Notes under the pieces: generated by a model
The model's input: only the letters and a program-made list of their open reading frames with translations
Told to the model about the DNA's origin: nothing
Databases searched by the model: none
Program-made: the position numbers and the translations under genes
Source of the DNA: the human T2T-CHM13v2.0 reference genome, Homo sapiens
Reading direction: 5' to 3' (one strand)
NCBI RefSeq assembly: GCF_009914755.1
Contig: NC_060928.1
DNA length: 64,000 nucleotides
Shown: positions 56,844 through 64,000 of the stretch, piece by piece
How the letters are laid out: every line of letters begins with the position of its first letter
How positions within the stretch are numbered: position 1 is the stretch's first letter

Positions 56844-58889
56844 TCATTTTGTTGTTGTTGTTGTTGTTGACATCTCAATTTCCCCCAGCATTTAAATTAA
56901 CCACAAATATTCTGAATTTAGTATATTCTGTCAAGGATCTTGCCTTGATCTTCTCATTATTTTTTCTCATTCATAAGGTTTTTATTATCTAGAGAATAGC
57001 AAGATCTAGAGAGGCTTTCAGATAATTAAGAAACAAATATTACCCACAGTTATTTCTTGGCTCTCATCACCATTTTGGCAATCATTGAGGCATTTTCCAT
57101 CTTGTTGGCATTCTCATCATTGACTACTATCTAATGTGAAACTCTAAGACATTTGCACCAGAGCCTTTTACTGGTATCTGAAAGACCTCATTTCAATGTG
57201 AAAACGTAAATTTTATAGCTAGTGAAAATGAAATTATAAATTTAGGCTTTATTAAGGGCATTATTCTTTTTTTGTTTTTAAGCTTATTTATTATTTAAAT
57301 GTGGTGATACCGCATATTAGGATTATGTTTAAAATATTAAAAAACATATTTCAAAGCAAACAATAAAAAGTGTACAAAAACATTAAAGGATGATGAACAA
57401 AAAACACACAGGGAAAAGGAATCACCCTTCTTACTTGTTATTAGGTATAATAATTAAAGCAGTAACAATAATGGTTTTCAATTGTCATATGCATATGTTG
57501 TTCTAGGCACCCTGCTAAGTACTCTACAAATATCATCTTATTTTATCTTCCTAACAACTTATGAAGTGTGTATTATTTTCTTGTTGAGAATATATGGAGG
57601 TCTTCATTTGAGAAATGAGACTACCAAAGGGAGAAATTAGTTTCAGCAGAATTATGTAACTTGACCTAGGACACAGAACTTTGTAATCAGCAGAGCCTAC
57701 CCATGTATTCACACAAACTTCAGAATACATTGTTGAAAGAATGACCTAAGCAGAGAGGGGGGAAGATATGAAAAGATAAAGAAACTACATAAGTGGCATC
57801 CCTCCAATGTTGATTGATCTACCTTTATGAAAATTATCCACATCATGGTGTATAGTACATCCGTGTGATGAACTGATTCTAGAGAAAAAAAAAAAAACAA
57901 CAACAGAGAAAACACAAGGGGTCTCTGGAAGGGGGAAAAACCCATAACCTGCAACTACAAACTTAAGAATTTAAGTAAAAAGATTTTAGAATACAAAAGC
58001 TTGAAAAGAATTTTTTTGGGGCATTAACTTTATAATGTGCTTTGCAGAAAATATTCAAAATCTAATCAAATTGAGCCTGTTGGGTAACTTGAATTTGATG
58101 TCATCATTCACACATCTTATAAGCACAGACACCTTGCATCATTAAATGTAGGATTTAGAACTAATTTAATCCTTATTGTTCCTTGATGTTCTTGTGGGTA
58201 TATTAAATGTTCTCCATAAAGCTCCTGTTGTTACTCTGAGAGTATTTTGGATGTTTCAACATGATTACACAAAGACTATTTCATGCAATTTGCAGAAAGC
58301 AATACTCTGCCTTTTCTAAAAAACATGTAAGGTGCCATTCCCTCCTTCATCTTTCAAACAAGGCTTGCAAGTTAAATAGGGTGAGAAACATCATCTCCAC
58401 TCTATGTATCACGAAGCTCAGCCTTAGAGAGATTCATCCATGGTGACCGATTTGAGATTCACTGCAGGGTTCCATGGTTCCGAAGTCCACACACTGAACT
58501 GTTACATATGATGTCTCTGTTCACCATGTGGGATTTCTCAAACCCTAGGTCTCCACAAAGCCCTCACCAAGAATACGTTTGAGAAACCATGCTATATCTA
58601 ATTGTTAGGTAAGTTATGTAGCAACTAATGCTCTGTAGTTCCACCACAGGGTGCTTTTATCAGGATACAAAAGTGTAATCATTGTCATCACTTTGCTGGA
58701 ACAACTCTTTAAGGCTCCTATCTGGCAAATTTTAAAATAATGTAGCATTTCAACTACACTAGCTAAATACTTTTTTTCTGAGAAGGCAATCTTTTCATGC
58801 TAATTCTTAGGTACCCAAAACTGCAAAATCTGTTTTGGTTATTCAATATCTTCGTACTAGCTAAATGGATTTCACAAAGCAAAGAATCA

Positions 58890-59345
58890 TTATCAGTCAA
58901 GGTCCTAGCCAAAAACAGAGGCCCAAATTTGATCATTTGATTAGAGATTATTGAAGGGTCTATTTATAATATTGTGTAGTCTGTAGGAAAGAGACAAGGG
59001 ACAAGGGACAGTGTAGAATCCCAGGGGCTAGTAACAGCGGGACTCAATACCAGTGCTCAACCTAAAAAGTGAGAAGTACAGGAGACCCCCAGAACTTCAA
59101 AGGAGAGAATTGTGTGGAAAGGCTGCTTTGGCAGGAAGGTAAACTTTCGTAAAGACACACAGCCGGATTTGGGAGGTCTCTCGAAGTCCTTTTCATGTCT
59201 TGCTGCATTGGCCAAACCCAGCTGGAAGCCAGAGGACAAGGCAGCTCACTGATGCCCCCTACAGTGGCCAGTCTGTTGGGACACAGAGCAGGGAGGAGAA
59301 GGGTAGAGCATGGGTCTGGAGGGGCAAACAGAAGACATCTAGCAT
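58890..59345. mobile_element. Old LTR-like relic (ERVL/MaLR class)
   Basis: tcagtcaaggtcct..., cattggccaaacccagctggaagccagaggacaagg..., ggtctggaggggcaaacagaaga motifs. Confidence 0.5.
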
Positions 59346-60486
59346 AGAAATCTCCGTGTTGAGTCAGAGTGTTGCGATTCAGAGGAATTATTTTTATTTG
59401 GAGTAAAGCATAACCTGGAGAGATGGTCCTGGAAGTAGAGACACAAACGAGAGGCCATTTGAGTTCTGGATAAATCAGAAACTGCTGAAATCTTCTTAAT
59501 TGCTCACCATCCATTCTCTGTGATTTATCCACCTTCTCCACCTCTGTCCTTGGGACAATCTTTTTTTCTTTTTCCTTCCACCTCAAATCACCAGTAAATT
59601 TAAGCACTCAGTATTTCATTTTCTCTCTCACTTCTTGCTCACTGTTAATTACATTTCGCCTCACATTTCCCACCCACTCTGCTTTTTGCCCATGCCACCC
59701 TAAAGAGAAATAAAATATAAAAGACAGAGGGCACTTGGGGATTGCTCTGGAATCAGAGGCTATCCCAGAAGTGTAAAGATCAGAAAGTTTTATAAGTAAT
59801 ATAGCATACAGTTCTGCCATATTTTATTTGATGGAGTTAGGGTTCTATTTATTAATAATAAAGTTCATCTTTGGGAAGCAATTATGTGATTTCTAAAATG
59901 TTGAAATATATGTGTGAAAATCTTTAAAATAGTCTAAAAAATGATGCTTCACTTTTGCAAGCATTAGGAAGCATTTTAGAATTTATGAAAGTGATGACAA
60001 TTCAAAAGAGAACATATGTGAAAAAATTACGCTAAGAAAAATTTTTAGGTAAAAGTATATTAGAACAAACAATATGAAGACAGTATAACCTAATATAATC
60101 CCTGTTTTCGGTTCCAGGGAGTAGAGCTTTAAATTTCAACAAATGCCACATACTGTGCTTTCCCATCTTCTTGAATACGCAGACACATGACCAGAAGCCA
60201 ATTTCATTCCATTGACCCTCTGTCCACACAGGGGATCTCTCTTGCTTTCTCCCTGTCTCTGTTTTGTTTGTCTTTCCCTTTCTCTTTCTTGTTCTCTGTG
60301 AAGATGTACTTCTGACTTGTTTTCTCTTTCACTCATCTTTCTGGTTATTTAACAAATTGCAGTTCTATTACTTATTTATTGAGTAATCAGGATTGAGTTT
60401 AGGAACTCCCTCTTTATGGTTGCAATAGATGAAATATAGATTTTTTTGAAGTGAACTTGGGCCTAATTCTTTAATTCTTTTGGCAG

Positions 60487-60585
60487 GATGGGTTGACACC
60501 ACTTCACTGTGCTGCACGAAGTGGGCATGACCAAGTGGTGGAACTTCTGTTGGAACGGGGTGCCCCCTTGCTGGCAAGGACTAAG
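60487..60585 (+). CDS. ANK2: Ankyrin-B coding exon (~exon 10): [33 protein letters not shown]
   Basis: ttcttttggcag acceptor, 99 nt, AAG|gtgagt donor. Confidence 0.97.
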
Positions 60586-62169
60586 GTGAGTCATTATGAG
60601 TAAGATGGGGTCCTAAGAAATCTTTAAGTTACTTGATGTATTATCTCTATTCTTTTTTAAATTGAAACATCAGGCAAGCATTTTCTAGTTCTTTAATAAT
60701 TGTGTGCTAGGAATAGGAATATGTATCAAACCACTTAAAATTATTAAAATAAACAGATATATGAATTAAGATGTATTAAATGTGTGCCTTCAAGTTTTTG
60801 TCTATATTTTTACCTGTTATTCTTACTGCAGATGGAAATCTGAATACATCTGTATTTTAAATATAAATGAGAATATCTCTTAGATGCTGAGTCTAGATTT
60901 TTATGATTCTCTCAGATGACTATGAAACATATATAAAATTATCTTTTAAAGCAGAACAATTAGCAACACAAAATGAATCTTTTTGCTCATCCAATCTTTA
61001 TCTCTTAGGCAATACTAATAAAAAGTAATTACTCAACAGTGGCATTGGTTGATTATGTTGAAGATTAGTAGAGGTGATTTGGAAAGTACAAGTTGCAATA
61101 GGCCACCTACAAAGAACTATTAAGCAAGCATATTTTCTTTATGACATACTACATCTAGCCCTTTTTCCTCCCGTTTTATCAATATGCTCAAATATGGGAG
61201 AAGCACTTTTCCATATACATGAGCACCACACTGTGAGTTGGTTTGCTGAAGATTTTTCATTATCAAATGTATTTTAAATGCTTTTATTATTGTATAGTTC
61301 TCTATTATCCAACCCTACATTGGGTTATCAGAAAATATTTTGAGACACGAATTGGAGATACTCATACAGAGCTGATTAATGTGATATGCAGCAACCTTGG
61401 ATCCTTAAATACAACACAAAGTTAGACAAAGGGCAGTTGTTGTATTTTCTCCCTATTCCATTCCACCTCATACCACCGCCCCCCCCCCCGACAGAGTTGG
61501 TATCAACTAATGCTATTACTAGGGTAAGCTGAAGAAACTAAGGCAATTGACACAAACAAATATTTTTCAATTTATATATAATTGAAATCATTTGAAACAA
61601 AACTAGCCCATATGTTTAAGATATGTGTAGAATGAACTCAATTTGTAAAGGTGTGCCCACATGCCATAAAAGAGTGGCTTCAAATCAGTAATATATGAAG
61701 AAGAGAAATAATTATCCGCGTTACTTTTATTCTCATACCTATACTGTGAATGTTGTATAGATCTGTCTTTAAAATGCAACAATTTGGGCTGGGTAATGCA
61801 GAGATAATTATGTAAAGTTTTGATAAAGAAACGTTGAAATTTAAATGGAAATAACAAAATTTCAGACCAATCATGTTACAGCCAATACAAAAACCAATAT
61901 GAAGTTGAAAATAGGCAGATATGCTTTACAAACCGTAAAATAATCTTATCTGCAGAGTTTGCTTGTAATTGTCATGTCACTAATGAAGATGGCAGGTTAC
62001 CTGGATGGAATTTTTTTAATGTCCTTCCTGTAAAATCAAGTATCATTCAAATGTAAGGATCCTGCATAAAGTGTCTCTGAGTGTACAATTATGTTCATGT
62101 ATTCATGCATCCAACTATTATATAATATTGAGTAGATACAATTTGCCAGGCAAGTGTTCTAGTCACTAA

Positions 62170-62503
<334 letters not shown>

Positions 62504-62700
62504 CATAATACACAATCTATAGCTGCAAGAAGCTCAGAAATTAGTGGGCATGATAGAAAAAAAAAGATAATTATAAAAAATAGAGATATGTATAGGGTAA
62601 TAAACACAGAGAAGATGAATTAATCAGGTTAGAGTGAGGGGATACCGCTCTCCTGGGAGTGGAATAGGTACCTAATGCTAGACTATTCTCCCTCCCCTTC

Positions 62701-63085
62701 TGTATTAGTCCGTTTCACGCTACTGATAAAGACATACTTGAGATGAGACTGGGCAATTTACAAAGAAGTTTAATGGATTCACAGTTCCACCTGAGGAGGA
62801 ACTCACAGTCACGAGGCTGAGGAGGCTTCACAATCATGGCAGAAGGTGAAAGGCACGTCTCACATGGTGGCAGACAAGAGAAGAAAATGAAAACCCAGTG
62901 AAAGGGCTTTCCCCTTATAAAACCATCAGATCTTGTGAGACTTATTCACTACCACGAGAATAGTTTGGGGGAATCCGCCCTCCTGATTCAGTTATCTCCC
63001 ACTGGGTCCCTCTCGCAACACAAGGGAATTATGGGAGCTGCAATTCAAGATGAGATTTGGGTGGGGACACAGCCAAACCATATTA
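62701..63085 (-). mobile_element. THE1 MaLR solo LTR
   Basis: tgtattagtccgtttcacgct...ggggacacagccaaaccat; 5-bp TSD ccttc. Confidence 0.92.
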
Positions 63086-63129
63086 CCTTCCATAAAAACT
63101 CCTAGGTTTAAATCACCCATTCTTTCTTC

Positions 63130-64000
63130 TGAAGCAACTATCTAAGTGTCACCCCCTCATTCTTTGTCAATTCTAGCTCTCAGCAAACTGTGACTCCTCA
63201 CCACAACCCCTTCTTATTCTTGCTGACTTTAATGATCTTGATTAGAGCAGTAGATAATTCTTCTAGTTGGCCTCTCAGTTAGGTAACTCTAAACCCTCTA
63301 TCTATTTCTGTGTCTAACTTCACACTTGCCAGCCCCTCCTATGTTTCAGCTCACTCTCTTCAGAACCCCAATTCCGAAATTCTTTTATTCTGCTGGGTCC
63401 TTCAGTCATAGTTTCACTCTTCCTCATTCACATCATGCCCTTACCTCTGCCCAGCACAAATTTCATAGTCATTTATGCTACTCCCTTACGTATTCATACT
63501 ACCTGCATTTCACTCAATTAAATTCAACTCACATTCATGCAATCAAATGTGGCTACAGGAAACACCCAGCCACACTAACTGTGCTCATTTTAGATTCATG
63601 ATCACTAACCTCAAGTCAGCTGGTAATGCTGCCTGACAATCTCGCTCTATCTTCTAAGTCTATTCACTCTCGATCCCTGCTATCTGACCATTCTATATTT
63701 TCTTCAAACTTATGTAGACTTCTTTCCTTGTCTTCATTTCCCATAACACTGAGAGAATTCAAGCAATTGGAAGATAATTTCCAGAGACTCCCACCTCCAT
63801 ATCTATCCATATCTATCCAGTGACATGACTTGGAGCCCATGTAGTCTACATTCTCTCCCGTTACTATCATCTGGTGTGATTGCTTGGTCCTGTCTTCTCA
63901 AAACACTTTCTTTATTTACTTTCTGGGACATTACATTCTTCTGACTTTCCTTCTGTTTTCCTAGCTGCCACTTCTCAGTCTCCTTTACTAGTTCCTCCTC
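63130..64000 (+). mobile_element. L2 relic
   Basis: Pyrimidine-rich degenerate L2-like sequence. Confidence 0.5.

Noticed and set aside
58633-58656. CTCF-like ctgtagttccaccacagggtgct
   Set aside because: Two mismatches at highly informative core positions
59062-59607. Longest ORF in the track (181 aa, - strand)
   Set aside because: Overlaps an LTR-like relic; no recognisable domain or splice structure
61479-61489. C11 homopolymer as a G-quadruplex element
   Set aside because: Short isolated run with no supporting context

Overview
Primate (almost certainly human) genomic DNA inside ANK2 (ankyrin-B), transcribed on the + strand. I read eight phase-0 GT-AG coding exons of the N-terminal ANK-repeat domain: 7086-7184, 9729-9827, 42878-42976, 47710-47895, a 24-nt microexon at 48322-48345, 51208-51306, 52834-52932 and 60487-60585. 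From memory these are roughly exons 3-10 of the canonical transcript. The rest is AT-rich intron with Alu, L1, L2, MIR, LTR and DNA-transposon relics, plus a very young antisense RPS26 retrocopy with an intact ORF. Almost all entries in the ORF track are spurious. I see no prokaryote-type novel system. The most interesting signals are candidate extra cassette microexons in the transposon-poor 48-54.5 kb segment: a 36-nt in-frame exon followed by QKI/RBFOX motif arrays, a 30-nt in-frame exon, and a 37-nt poison-like exon. There are also two hairpin elements. These are sequence-based hypotheses and some may already be in isoform catalogues. Repeat family names and boundaries were assigned by eye and are approximate.
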